Shown piece after piece: positions 36,232 to 45,788 of a DNA stretch of 64,000 nt (position 1 is its first letter; each line of letters starts with the position of its first letter). Made by a program: the position numbers and the translations under genes. Source of the stretch: Candidatus Sericytochromatia bacterium (lineage in GTDB: Bacteria > Cyanobacteriota > Sericytochromatia > S15B-MN24 > JAQBPE01); assembly GCA_035284745.1 (NCBI GenBank), contig JAYKIL010000015.1, forward strand, positions 106 to 64,105. The letters are read 5' to 3'. The notes below the pieces were generated by a model. That model did not search any database and was not told the origin of the DNA. It saw only the letters and a program-made list of their open reading frames with translations.

Positions 36232-38127
36232 ATGGTCATTCGCTACACCCAGTCCGATACGTTGCGGCGACGACCCGTGCGGTTTGCAATAGCACTTTGG
36301 ACTTTTTTGCTGGCGTTCCCTTGCACCGCGGCGCCTCCTGTGATGGATGGGGTTGCACGTCCCAGGGACGACGTGACGGCCGTGGAATCGGCGTCGGCGC
36401 CATTGATGCTTTCCAGTCTTCGCCCATCCACTTTTTCGACGCCTGGATATCGTCAGCAGGCCAGCCCTCCGCCCCGCGTTCCTTATGAGCCTCATTGGGC
36501 TTATCGTTCACCCCAACCTGCCGTTATGACGCGGCATGGGGCCGTAGCCTCTGTATCATCGCTTGCGAGTCGGGTGGGTGTCGAGATACTGAAACAGGGA
36601 GGTAACGCCGTTGATGCCGCGGTGGCTGTGGCGTTCGCTTTGGCTGTCGTCTTTCCAGAGGCTGGTAATGTGGGCGGAGGGGGGTTCATGCTCATTCAAC
36701 CGCGCAAGGGGCAACCGCAAGCATTGGATTACCGAGAGACGGCGCCCGAACGTGCCAGTGCCAGGATGTTTCTTGACCGTGTCGGAAATTTGACGAACCG
36801 TTCGGTTTCCGGTGTTTTGGCGGCAGGGGTTCCTGGTACAGTGGCCGGCCTTGAAGAAGCCCACCGGCGCTTCGGTCAATTGCCCTGGCCTTCCTTGCTG
36901 GCACCGGCTGTTCATCTTGCCAGAGATGGTTTTGTCGTAGACGCCTATTTGGCCTCTTCTTTCCATCGCTCGCAAGATTTGTTGCTGCGTTTTCCTGAAA
37001 CTCGTCGGGTGTTTTTGCCGGGCGGCTTGACACCCCGCACCGGGACGCTGTTTCGGCAGCCTGACTTGGCGCGAACGCTGGCGCTGATCGCACAAAAAGG
37101 GGGTCGGGGTTTTTACACCGGCTCGGTCGCGCAGGCCGTGGCTCGAGATGTGGCCAGGCAAGGCGGAATCCTGACTGAGCGCGATCTCCGTAATTATCGA
37201 CCTCGTTGGCGCGAACCCATTCGTTTTGATTACCGGGGGAATACGGTGGTAACGATGCCCTTGCCCAGCGGGGGGGGGCTCACCTTGGCCCAAATGATGC
37301 AAATTTTGGAGGGTTATGACCTCAAAGCGCTTGGCTGGCATTCCGCAGCACATCTTCACTTTTTTTTGGAGGCCTCTCGCCGGGCGTTTGCTGATCGCAA
37401 CGCCTTGCTCGCAGACCCAGACTTTGTCGCCGATCAACCGGTGGCGGACTTACTGAGTAAACGATATGCCCGCCAACGTCGCAGCAGTATTCTTCCTGGC
37501 AAGGCCACACCTGTCTTTGGACGCGCTTCTGGGATTGAGGAAAAGGAGCAGACGACACATTTTTCAGTGGTGGATGCGCAAGGAATGGCTGTTTCCAATA
37601 CCTACACGTTGAATGGCAATTTTGGTTGCGGCGTCGTGGCCGCTGGAACAGGCGTCCTATTAAACAATGAGATGGACGACTTTACAGTGAAGCCGCGTGG
37701 TGCCAATCAGTTTGGCTTGCAGCAAGGTGATCGAAATCGGATTGAGCCTGGTAAACGCCCTTTGTCGTCGATGACTCCTGCCTTCGTGTTCGATCAGAAT
37801 GCTCGGCTCAAGGGGGTGCTCGGATCGCCGGGGGGGCCAACCATCATTTCCAGCGTGGCGCAAGTTCTGAGCAACGTTCTGGATTTTGGACTTCCTCTGA
37901 ATTGGGCGGTTGCTTCTCCGCGCCTTCATCATCAGGCCCAGCCAGACCTTCTTTATTTTGAACCGGCGGGTCTGGATACCGTCACACGAACCGAGTTGGT
38001 TCGGTGTGGCCATCAGTTGCAGGCCAGGGATTATATAGGAGACGTGCACGCCATTTGGCGTCGTTCCGATGGTTCCTGGGAGGCTTTTTCGGACCCCCGC
38101 AGAGGCGGTCAGGCTCTTGGGTATTAA
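36232..38127 (+). CDS. ggt: gamma-glutamyltransferase
   Basis: ORF open from TTG 36202. ATG 36232 gives a signal-like MVIRY...FAIALWTFLLAFPCTAA. Autoprocessing/nucleophile site EQTTHFSVVDAQGMAVSNTYTLNGNFG. GSPGGPTIISSV. Confidence 0.92.
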   Translation: MVIRYTQSDTLRRRPVRFAIALWTFLLAFPCTAAPPVMDGVARPRDDVTAVESASAPLMLSSLRPSTFSTPGYRQQASPPPRVPYEPHWAYRSPQPAVMTRHGAVASVSSLASRVGVEILKQGGNAVDAAVAVAFALAVVFPEAGNVGGGGFMLIQPRKGQPQALDYRETAPERASARMFLDRVGNLTNRSVSGVLAAGVPGTVAGLEEAHRRFGQLPWPSLLAPAVHLARDGFVVDAYLASSFHRSQDLLLRFPETRRVFLPGGLTPRTGTLFRQPDLARTLALIAQKGGRGFYTGSVAQAVARDVARQGGILTERDLRNYRPRWREPIRFDYRGNTVVTMPLPSGGGLTLAQMMQILEGYDLKALGWHSAAHLHFFLEASRRAFADRNALLADPDFVADQPVADLLSKRYARQRRSSILPGKATPVFGRASGIEEKEQTTHFSVVDAQGMAVSNTYTLNGNFGCGVVAAGTGVLLNNEMDDFTVKPRGANQFGLQQGDRNRIEPGKRPLSSMTPAFVFDQNARLKGVLGSPGGPTIISSVAQVLSNVLDFGLPLNWAVASPRLHHQAQPDLLYFEPAGLDTVTRTELVRCGHQLQARDYIGDVHAIWRRSDGSWEAFSDPRRGGQALGY

Positions 38128-38141
38128 ACCGGTTGAGAGTC

Positions 38142-38170
38142 TTGACACGCGAACTGGGGTTGCCTAGTAT
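38142..38170 (+). promoter_or_regulatory. sigma-70-like promoter
   Basis: TTGACA (38142-38147), 17-nt spacer, TAGTAT (38165-38170). AAAGGAG SD and a TTG start follow at 38198-38213. Confidence 0.45.
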
Positions 38171-38210
38171 ACATATGTGGTATACAGACTTTGGCGCAAA
38201 GGAGCCTGCT

Positions 38211-39623
38211 TTGAAACGCTTGATACCGATGACTGCGATGATCGCTTCAGCCCTGACGGGATGCGTGGCACCCGGAACCCTTGACCTGGGAGGTTTGACC
38301 GACCAAAAATCCGTCAAAGGGTCGGGGGGGCGGCCTGCGTCGAATCGCCCCCTGGAGCCTTTGGCCGGCGTTCAGTTTCGCCCCATTTCTGCGGCCAATG
38401 CGCGAATTTTTTCGGAACAAGGGGGGGGCCTCAACGCCAGCGCGCCTCGGGCCGAAGCGGCGGTGTCAAAAGCAGCGCCAGCCGCTGGCTTGGCTTCTGA
38501 TGCCACGACATCCTCCTCGCCGCGGGTTGATGGGGCGTCCCCGGCCATTGGGGGGGCCTACAGTGGAAATGTCTGGGGAGGCCTGGGTTACCAGTACCAT
38601 TATGGGATGGATACCAGCCGGCAAATGAGCTTGGTGTCTGCACAGGAGGCCGAGATTTCGGGGTCTTCGGGAGGCTTTACTGAAGCCCTCGCGGTGACGG
38701 CGCCGGTGGTCAAAGAGTGGGCGTCGGATGCGCGCTTGACAGAGAGCCGTTCGCTGCTTAACGACACGGATTCGAGGGTTCCGGTTGCGATGCCAGGCGT
38801 CTCTACGAATGCCGTGACGAGGGCGTTGAGTTTAAGTGTCGGCAGTGAGAACGAGGGATGGCGTTTCGTGTATGTCTCAAGCAGTCGCAACGAAATGCTG
38901 CAATTTGTGGTTCTGCCGGAAAAGACGACCGTTTTGAGGTTGGCGTGGGCCCCGTTAGATTTGAGCCCGGAACGGGTGAAGTTCGACGCTCAAACGGCCA
39001 TTACCAATCTCATCAACGCGGTGAGTGAGGCGACTTTCCAGAGTGAAGAAGAAAAAAGTCGCAAGGATTACTTTTTTGGGCACGAGTTCATCCAGCCCAA
39101 TACGGGAGAATGGGATAACGAAAATCAAAAAACGGAAGTGCTCTATCGGGTGCCCGAACAGGCGCGTTGGAACGTCTCGCTGCAGCAGGTGGTTGGCAAA
39201 TTGGTTTGGGACATCAATTGGTACGCGACGGAGAATGTTGCGCCCGAAATACCAGGCGTGACGCCCCCGGCGAACCCGCCCGGGGATTTTCCCGAGGCGC
39301 TGGCACCCTCAGATGCCGTGTCTGGCAGTGAGTCCTCTCCTGTTGCTACGATGCCTGTGGCGGCCTCTGCCCAAGCAACCTACCGGGTGTTTCAGTCTGC
39401 GGCCAGAGACGTGGCCCTCATCTCGCCGGAAGTGCCCGTGCCTTGTGAGGATGGCAAACGCCAGCAGGTCGGCGTGTATACCAACAACGGTGGGCAGGGC
39501 TTAGTGGATGCTGAGACGGGTGCTGTCATTCGTTTCACGCGCCCCACCCGGGTGACCAACACGTGGTACAACTACGACTGCGAGCCTCCCGTCAAGCCAA
39601 TAGAGCCGATGCCCTTACGGTAG
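38211..39623 (+). CDS. hypothetical lipoprotein
   Basis: TTG 38211 lies 6 nt after GGAG, giving MKRLIPMTAMIASALTGC (lipobox). The ORF extension back to 38004 overlaps ggt and is rejected. Confidence 0.7.
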   Translation: MKRLIPMTAMIASALTGCVAPGTLDLGGLTDQKSVKGSGGRPASNRPLEPLAGVQFRPISAANARIFSEQGGGLNASAPRAEAAVSKAAPAAGLASDATTSSSPRVDGASPAIGGAYSGNVWGGLGYQYHYGMDTSRQMSLVSAQEAEISGSSGGFTEALAVTAPVVKEWASDARLTESRSLLNDTDSRVPVAMPGVSTNAVTRALSLSVGSENEGWRFVYVSSSRNEMLQFVVLPEKTTVLRLAWAPLDLSPERVKFDAQTAITNLINAVSEATFQSEEEKSRKDYFFGHEFIQPNTGEWDNENQKTEVLYRVPEQARWNVSLQQVVGKLVWDINWYATENVAPEIPGVTPPANPPGDFPEALAPSDAVSGSESSPVATMPVAASAQATYRVFQSAARDVALISPEVPVPCEDGKRQQVGVYTNNGGQGLVDAETGAVIRFTRPTRVTNTWYNYDCEPPVKPIEPMPLR

Positions 39624-39650
39624 GTTCCTTACAGATTCCGACGCCTGGCT

Positions 39651-40589
39651 TTACGGGTCGAAGCGTACAAAGTCTCCGTTGCGAAGTTGAGGATAGATTT
39701 CCTCGATGTCTTCGTTGCGGAGACCGACGCATCCGTGCGAGGCGTTGAAGCCGATGGTGTGCTCTGCGAAGACCCCATGTAGTTCTTGTCCGTTGCCTTC
39801 GCCATCACGCGTCTTTCCTGTCACAGGGTCTGCCAACGTGAGGTCAATGAGGCGGGTTCCAAACGCGGTGCCTTTTGTTTCGGGCCACAGGGCTTGGCTG
39901 ATAGCACGCGGATCGCTGTTGCGCCCCGTGACGACTCGTACCCCGGGAGAGGTTTCGCTGCCGCGACCATTTGCCTGCCCCCCCGTTCCCGTGCGTACTC
40001 CGTATATTTTGGTCAGCTTACCCGTTGCATCAAACAAAAAGGCCCGATGCTGAGAAATGCTCACCACCAGTCGCGCCATTTTTCCGGGAGATACGGACGG
40101 ATCGGGGACGGGGCCTGCGTTCACCCCGGCATCCCATGCACGCTTACCGGGTGGGGGTGCCAGACGATCCAGCGCTTGCAAGGTTTTGGGGCCCACCAAT
40201 CCATCGGGCACCAGGCCGGCCATCGTTTGAAAGTTGCGGACTGCGGCTTGGGTTTGGGGACCATAATTGCCATCGGGCCCACCCGCGATGGTGAACCCCA
40301 TAGCATCAAGCGCACCTTGCATCGCGACCACATGAGCACCTTGCGCTCCGGGGCGCAAAACTTCGCCTGCTGCCACCAACGCCAAGCCAGGTTCGTTGTT
40401 AAACCGTGCGTTCTTTAATAGTTTTGAGCGATTGAACGCGTCGGGGGCCATCGGTACTCCAGGCTTTGGCGCCGGAGGCAGCTTCTTTTTGGGGGCTGAT
40501 TCCGGTGTTCCCTCCAAAATGCTCCATAAAGTATTGCCAAGGCCCAAAGGACGGCGGTGAGGCGGTTGAGTCACGTTACAATTCCTCAA
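39651..40589 (-). CDS. L,D-transpeptidase (YkuD) with peptidoglycan-binding domain
   Basis: PG_binding_1-like VVAMQGALDAMGFTIAGGPDGNYGPQTQAAVRNFQTMAGLVPDGLVGPKT. YkuD active site FNASHGCVGLRNEDI. Best SD-supported start is ATG 40451. Confidence 0.88.
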   Translation of the reverse strand: MRNCNVTQPPHRRPLGLGNTLWSILEGTPESAPKKKLPPAPKPGVPMAPDAFNRSKLLKNARFNNEPGLALVAAGEVLRPGAQGAHVVAMQGALDAMGFTIAGGPDGNYGPQTQAAVRNFQTMAGLVPDGLVGPKTLQALDRLAPPPGKRAWDAGVNAGPVPDPSVSPGKMARLVVSISQHRAFLFDATGKLTKIYGVRTGTGGQANGRGSETSPGVRVVTGRNSDPRAISQALWPETKGTAFGTRLIDLTLADPVTGKTRDGEGNGQELHGVFAEHTIGFNASHGCVGLRNEDIEEIYPQLRNGDFVRFDP

Positions 40590-40650
40590 AAATTGTCAGG
40601 GGTGATAGATTATTCATCTGGAATCGGGGCAAAAACTTTCTTCAGTTCTT

Positions 40651-40947
40651 TTAGTTGGCTGCTTCAATCGTTACGCGAATTCCTATCGTTCGAATGACGC
40701 GAGCACACGCATCGGCCATGACGGTATCCCCGCGAAATACCACCGCTGATCCCGTCGCGTGAATTTCACGGGTTAGTTCTAGGGCTTCTGCTGCCGTGAG
40801 TTCTGGCACGGCGCGGAGTAGAATCCCGGTCACCTCCTCGAATGTGTTCCAGTCATTATCGTGAACGATGACCACGTATGGCGGAAGCCACTGAACGGTC
40901 ATTCGCGAGGCGACGGTGTGTTGAGGTGTTTCAACGGGCACAGGCAT
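40651..40947 (-). CDS. clpS: ATP-dependent Clp protease adaptor ClpS
   Basis: 98-aa ORF. PPYVVIVHDNDWNTFEEVTGILLRAV...AEALELTREIHATGSAVV fits the ClpS core. Confidence 0.85.
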   Translation of the reverse strand: MPVPVETPQHTVASRMTVQWLPPYVVIVHDNDWNTFEEVTGILLRAVPELTAAEALELTREIHATGSAVVFRGDTVMADACARVIRTIGIRVTIEAAN

Positions 40948-41017
40948 GGCTGTTTGTAGCCTCTATATCGTCCGTTATTTTCATTCGGACTTCTTGTGTC
41001 CTGTTCATAATTTTACC

Positions 41018-41060
41018 CTGTCATGACCAACTTGGGGCACCTGTGACGTTTTCATGACAG
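41018..41060. promoter_or_regulatory. 9-bp perfect inverted repeat upstream of desaturase gene
   Basis: CTGTCATGA (41018-41026), 25 nt, TCATGACAG (41052-41060). A TATAGT -10-like hexamer lies at 41086-41091. Confidence 0.35.
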
Positions 41061-41136
41061 TTCTACGGGTCGTTGGGGCGTACAGTATAGTGTCGTGGCC
41101 TGAGCGTTGTGATGCGAGGCCAGAAAGGGAGACCCC

Positions 41137-42051
41137 ATGTTTCGTCACCATCCCATTAACTGGCTTGTGGTTGTTTTCGTCCTGGGCTACCATCTGCTTG
41201 CTTTTTCAGCGTTGGCCTTTCCCTTCCAGTGGCAATACCTGCCCATTATGATTGGAATGTACCTGTGGATGGGCTTGGGCACGACGTTTTACCTTCATCG
41301 CTGCCTGACGCACAAAGCGTTTGAAACCAATCATTTCATCAAGTTTTTCTTTTTTCTGGCGACTTCCGTCGGGCAGCAGGGGGACCCCATTAATTGGGTG
41401 GGCCACCATCGCTGGCATCACGCAAAATCGGATCAGGCGGAGGACGTACACAGCCCAGTTCACGGATTTTGGCATTCCCATATGGGGTGGATATTCCGAA
41501 ATCCTGGAGAGGACGAGCTTGCGTTGCGAAAACTGGCGCGAGATGTAGAGCAATCACAGCCCTATTTGCGATATTTTACGGGCCGGGTGAGATTCTTCTT
41601 GCCACATTTGGCGGCCGCTGGCTTGTTGACAACGACTTTGGGTTGGGGCGGATTGCTGTGGTGCTTGTACGTGCCGATCATTGCGGTGTATCACGTGACG
41701 TGGTCCGTAAATTCTCTGTGTCATATGTTTGGCTATCGCCGCACTGAGACCGCGGACCAAAGCCGTAATTTTTGGCCCATTGGGATTCTGGCCTTGGGAG
41801 AGGGATGGCACAATAACCACCATGCGTGCCAAACGCGGGCGCCACAAGGTCTCGTGTGGTGGGAATTTGATGCAACCAGCTATTTGATCAAGGGTTTGGA
41901 AAAACTGGGCTGGGTCTGGAATGTGAAGTGGACCGCGCCTGTGAGAAAGACGGAGTCGGTGACGGGCCATCTCGAGGCCCAAGACGCAACCCCGGTCGTG
42001 GCAGCGTCCGGGGGAATGACCGGTCGCTTGGCCGCACACTCCGACGCTTGA
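41137..42051 (+). CDS. membrane acyl-lipid/acyl-CoA delta-9 fatty acid desaturase
   Basis: 304-aa ORF with three His boxes: HRCLTH, HHRWHH, HNNHH. Confidence 0.92.
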   Translation: MFRHHPINWLVVVFVLGYHLLAFSALAFPFQWQYLPIMIGMYLWMGLGTTFYLHRCLTHKAFETNHFIKFFFFLATSVGQQGDPINWVGHHRWHHAKSDQAEDVHSPVHGFWHSHMGWIFRNPGEDELALRKLARDVEQSQPYLRYFTGRVRFFLPHLAAAGLLTTTLGWGGLLWCLYVPIIAVYHVTWSVNSLCHMFGYRRTETADQSRNFWPIGILALGEGWHNNHHACQTRAPQGLVWWEFDATSYLIKGLEKLGWVWNVKWTAPVRKTESVTGHLEAQDATPVVAASGGMTGRLAAHSDA

Positions 42052-42060
42052 ATCGCTGAT

Positions 42061-42771
42061 CTACACTGTAATATCTTGGCCCTTCTGAAGATGAGTCCGA
42101 ATCTCTTCGTTAATGGCGCGAGCGAACTCATCTTGCAGGCCGGGCGGTATTCCTTCAAAGTTTATCCCCAGCGTAATGCGGCCATCCTTGCGCCGTGTGC
42201 GATAAATGACGCGTGCAAAAAGGGAAACGGAAACCAATCCAGGGAAGGCCAACAACATCATCATGTACTCCGGAATTTCATCTTGTTCCGTGATGACCAG
42301 GCAGCCACTGGCGCTGATGTTTTCGAGGTGAAGAGCGAAGGGCTTTCCGGAGGTTTCCCCGGCCGTGGTGGCGGTGAGCGCGTACAGCGTGTCTTGGAAA
42401 CGAATGCGCACGAACCGCCTGCGTTGGATCTTTTCAGCTTTGTCAGCCGACGGTAAACCCAGAAACCAGCACGGTCCGTAGTAGGCCTTGAGGGGAACCT
42501 GAACACGGTAATACCAGCTCTTGTAGCCAAAGCAGAAGCGGCATTCGTCCGGCGGGTTGATCACATTTTGTTCACGCAAACGTACCAACACCTCGTCTGG
42601 CAAAACATCCAAAATGCGTGCCGGTTGCACGCGCGTGACCCCTGCCAAGACAAGCTCGACAGGTTGGTCGTGAGCAAACTCGAACTGTGACAAGGCATGG
42701 TTATCGATCATGAGAACTCCGCTGACACCTATTTTACTGGTTCTAGGCGTAGGCGGGGCGTGCGTTCCCAC
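42061..42771 (-). CDS. PilZ domain (c-di-GMP binding) protein
   Basis: 236-aa ORF. RRRFVRIRF (RxxxR) and LENISASGCLV (D/NxSxxG). Confidence 0.8.
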   Translation of the reverse strand: MGTHAPPTPRTSKIGVSGVLMIDNHALSQFEFAHDQPVELVLAGVTRVQPARILDVLPDEVLVRLREQNVINPPDECRFCFGYKSWYYRVQVPLKAYYGPCWFLGLPSADKAEKIQRRRFVRIRFQDTLYALTATTAGETSGKPFALHLENISASGCLVITEQDEIPEYMMMLLAFPGLVSVSLFARVIYRTRRKDGRITLGINFEGIPPGLQDEFARAINEEIRTHLQKGQDITV

Positions 42772-42797
42772 ACATGTCCATGACCGAGGTCAAAAAA

Positions 42798-43334
42798 TTA
42801 ATATCGCCTTCGCACCTTGGACGGAGCGGGGATCTCGCGACGCACGGGTGCGACGGTTAAGAACCCTCGCAGCAGGACGCGCCTCAAGCCACTGACGTCG
42901 GCTGGGTTCGCCCCTTCTGACATGTCGGCCGATGGTGTGACCAGATCCCAAACGGGCTGTGCGTTGCCGGGGTCGTCGGCGTAGCGTGGCACAAACTCCC
43001 AGACTTCGTGGGCGTGGGCTTCACCATCGCAGGGGCCCAGTAGGTTTACTTTCAGGGGCTGCAGAGCTTCCCTCATCACGCTGACAATAAGGTCTAGATC
43101 CTGCCAAAGGATTTGTCGGACGTCTTTGGGGACTGATAGCAGTCGTGTTTCGTGCTCCTTGAGGACCAAGCGCAAGCGGCCTCGTTGAGACTGGTTTGGA
43201 TGGAGCAAGAGCAAACCTGTGTGGAGCTCCGCAATGAAATTCGCGCTCTCTCCCGAGCGCGCTGAGGTGACGAGATGGCAATATTCACACCCCGTCGTTG
43301 TTAACGTGTTTTCGGTCAGACTTTCGTTTTTCAC
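42798..43334 (-). CDS. HIT-like protein with degenerate histidine triad
   Basis: 178-aa ORF. CEYCHLV...FIAELHTGLLLLHPNQSQRGRLRLVLKEH...HAHEVWEFVPR aligns by eye to the HIT layout, but the third His is replaced. Confidence 0.55.
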   Translation of the reverse strand: MKNESLTENTLTTTGCEYCHLVTSARSGESANFIAELHTGLLLLHPNQSQRGRLRLVLKEHETRLLSVPKDVRQILWQDLDLIVSVMREALQPLKVNLLGPCDGEAHAHEVWEFVPRYADDPGNAQPVWDLVTPSADMSEGANPADVSGLRRVLLRGFLTVAPVRREIPAPSKVRRRY

Positions 43335-43467
43335 GTCCTCTGGTATACCCGCTTTGCGAACCCGATGTCATCGTGTGACGAAGCCGCTCGGTTCTTGGCG
43401 CATACTGAATCTGGGATCATACTGGGCATCAGCTTTGGTGCACAGTCAATGAGGGGGGCTCGGGTGC

Positions 43468-43959
43468 GTGCTTTTTAGCATTCCGTTTTTTAATTCGCTT
43501 CTGGCTTTGTCTTTGGGGGTCGCGCTGCCTGCCGTGGGATGTGGCGTCTCTTCAGAGCGTGCGGGGGCTCTTGCGTCCCAAGACCTGTCCGATAGATTCG
43601 TTCTTCTGGGTACCGGCGAGCGCAGTGGGATTGAGGAAACGTTAGTGGGGGTTGCTCGGGATGCCGACACCTGGAAAGCCTTTTGGCTTCGTCACGATCC
43701 CGAAGGCCCCATTCCTCCTATCGATTTTTCACGCGATATGGGAATTCTCGTGATCCGGCCGCACACCACGGGGGGCTACCATTTGCGGATTGAAAATTTG
43801 GAACAGCGCTCCGAAAAGTTGATTCTGACCCTGATTGAGGAACAACCGCGGGAAGATGATCTGGTGATCCAAGTGCTGACTCAGCCTTGGGTGGCCCTGC
43901 GCTGCAAACACTTCGCTGGGCCGGTACAGTTGCAGGTGATACCCCGTCCACGTCCATAA
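43468..43959 (+). CDS. PrcB-like lipoprotein
   Basis: 163-aa ORF with lipobox LPAVGC. DADTWKAFW...PPIDFSRDMGILVIRPHTTGGYHLRIENL fits the PrcB C-terminal domain pattern (memory). Confidence 0.6.
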   Translation: MLFSIPFFNSLLALSLGVALPAVGCGVSSERAGALASQDLSDRFVLLGTGERSGIEETLVGVARDADTWKAFWLRHDPEGPIPPIDFSRDMGILVIRPHTTGGYHLRIENLEQRSEKLILTLIEEQPREDDLVIQVLTQPWVALRCKHFAGPVQLQVIPRPRP

Positions 43960-44093
43960 GACGCAGCGCATATTGATACCGTCATGGCGGCCTGATACAC
44001 TGTGGGCGCCGTGTAAACGCGAGGGTCTTCACACGTGGAATCGCCCTTGTTTTTTTGCTTCACCTCCTGTTGTTGGCACCTTGAGCGGAGAAC

Positions 44094-45020
44094 TTGGCCG
44101 TGAATTTGATGCGCAAAACTTTTCTGACCTTGGCCGAGAACAATGCGGTGTATCGCATGATCGTAGGGAATAGCGTCACGCGTGCGATGACCCGACGGTT
44201 TGTAGCGGGGGAGAGTCTGGATGAAGCACTGGCAGCGATGAAGGAACTGAATGCGTTCCAGATTCGCGGTTCCCTCGACTTGCTGGGTGAGAACGTGCAC
44301 ACGGAACAGGAAGCCCGGGCGGCGGGTGCCTATTATGAAACCATCGTTGAGCGGATTGCCGAAGCAGGCCTTGACACCAACGTCAGCTTGAAACTTACGC
44401 AAATGGGCTTGGACCTCTCGGAGGACCTGTGTTTTGAAGTGACATCGGGCGTCATCGCTCGTGCCCGCCACCATGGAAATTTTGTGCGGATTGATATGGA
44501 GGGCAGCCTTTACACTGAGCGCACCCTGGCTGTATTTAAGCGTTTGCACGCCGTGTATGGACGGCACGTGGGGATTGTTTTGCAGGCATATTTACACCGC
44601 ACCCGAGCGGACGTGGAGCAAATGATTGAATTGGGCGCGAGGGTGAGGCTTTGCAAAGGCGCCTACCTGGAACCCCCCGAGGTGGCTTTCCCCGACAAGG
44701 TCGACGTGGATCGTAATTATGTGGCGTGTATGAAGCGTCTTCTGAGTGCCGGGCATTATCCTGGACTGGCCACTCACGATACGGCCATCATTGAAGAGGC
44801 CAAGGCTTACGTCGCTCGGGAGGGCATCACGTCTGAGCGTTTTGAATTTCAGATGCTTTACGGCATACGACGCGATCTCCAAGAATCACTTGTTGCAGGC
44901 GGCTTTAATATGCGTTGCTATGTGCCTTTCGGAACGCAGTGGTACCCCTATTTTATGCGGCGCTTGGCTGAGCGTCCTGCCAACGTTTGGTTTTTGCTTC
45001 ACAACGTCATGAAGCGTTGA
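44094..45020 (+). CDS. proline dehydrogenase (monofunctional)
   Basis: 308-aa ORF (start TTG 44094, GTG 44100 or ATG 44109). RFVAGESLDEAL, GSLDLLGE, VSLKLTQMGL, VRIDMEGS, VLQAYLHRT, VRLCKGAY, LATHD, EFQMLYGIR. Confidence 0.9.
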   Translation: MAVNLMRKTFLTLAENNAVYRMIVGNSVTRAMTRRFVAGESLDEALAAMKELNAFQIRGSLDLLGENVHTEQEARAAGAYYETIVERIAEAGLDTNVSLKLTQMGLDLSEDLCFEVTSGVIARARHHGNFVRIDMEGSLYTERTLAVFKRLHAVYGRHVGIVLQAYLHRTRADVEQMIELGARVRLCKGAYLEPPEVAFPDKVDVDRNYVACMKRLLSAGHYPGLATHDTAIIEEAKAYVAREGITSERFEFQMLYGIRRDLQESLVAGGFNMRCYVPFGTQWYPYFMRRLAERPANVWFLLHNVMKR

Positions 45021-45269
45021 GAAAACTCGGGTAGACAAGCGTGGTGACCCGTGTTACATTACCCGCGACGTTGGCTTGGTAGTATCGAGCCAACGTTCGG
45101 AAGTTTGGTCGCTACCTCCATTTAACTCCGCTCATTCGCAGCTTCATCGTCGTATTTCATCCCACCATTCATCGCCGCGGCCAGTTTTGGGGTCCTCCAT
45201 TTTGGGGGGCCCCTTTATTTATCACGGGAGCAAGAAAGGCAGGCACTGGGTGAGCGCCCTGGGTATTGG

Positions 45270-45788
45270 CTAATTTGTCGCCTCGCAGGCGCCCCGGGCG
45301 AACCGGGGAATTCTGTGGGCTGGGGTTGTCGCGAAGATTTTGGCTTTTTTGCTGATGGGAGGCCACGTGTTGACGGGACGTGCTGGTTTGTCTACCTGGG
45401 GTCCCCAAGGGTGGATTTCATTTTTGCCAAACTCTTTATCCGCTGTCTGTATCGCTGAATCGTCGCAAGGCTGAATGTTCTTACGGTGACGGAGGGAGGG
45501 CTTCCTCTTTTTTGTGAACCAAAGGGATGAAAATTTCTCGGCCTGTGCCATAATAGTGGCGTGCAGCATGTGTTGCATCTGTCTCCCCTTGGTTAACGGG
45601 TCTGCGGGCAGGTCCAGCAGGGAACTTTCGGTGGGATCCGAGGGGGTAACGTGGAAGTGACCGGAATCCAAAACGCGGGTGCTCAAACAGTGGTGGGCAC
45701 TCGGATGTTGCGTGAGAGTATCGAGCAGCAAACGAATCAGATCACGGTCTTGGCGAAACAGGTGGCCCAAGCCCCGATGCCGGCGCAT
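45270..45788 (-). CDS. doubtful hypothetical ORF
   Basis: 172-aa ORF downstream of the carboxylase genes. No SD, His/Arg/Lys-rich, and the C-terminal half looks non-protein-like. Confidence 0.3.
   Translation of the reverse strand: MRRHRGLGHLFRQDRDLIRLLLDTLTQHPSAHHCLSTRVLDSGHFHVTPSDPTESSLLDLPADPLTKGRQMQHMLHATIMAQAEKFSSLWFTKKRKPSLRHRKNIQPCDDSAIQTADKEFGKNEIHPWGPQVDKPARPVNTWPPISKKAKIFATTPAHRIPRFARGACEATN

Noticed and set aside
35605-37437. Two long minus-strand ORFs (35605..36495 and 36556..37437) opposite scoB and ggt
   Set aside because: Both are antisense to high-confidence enzymes and have low-complexity Arg/Pro/Ser-rich translations.
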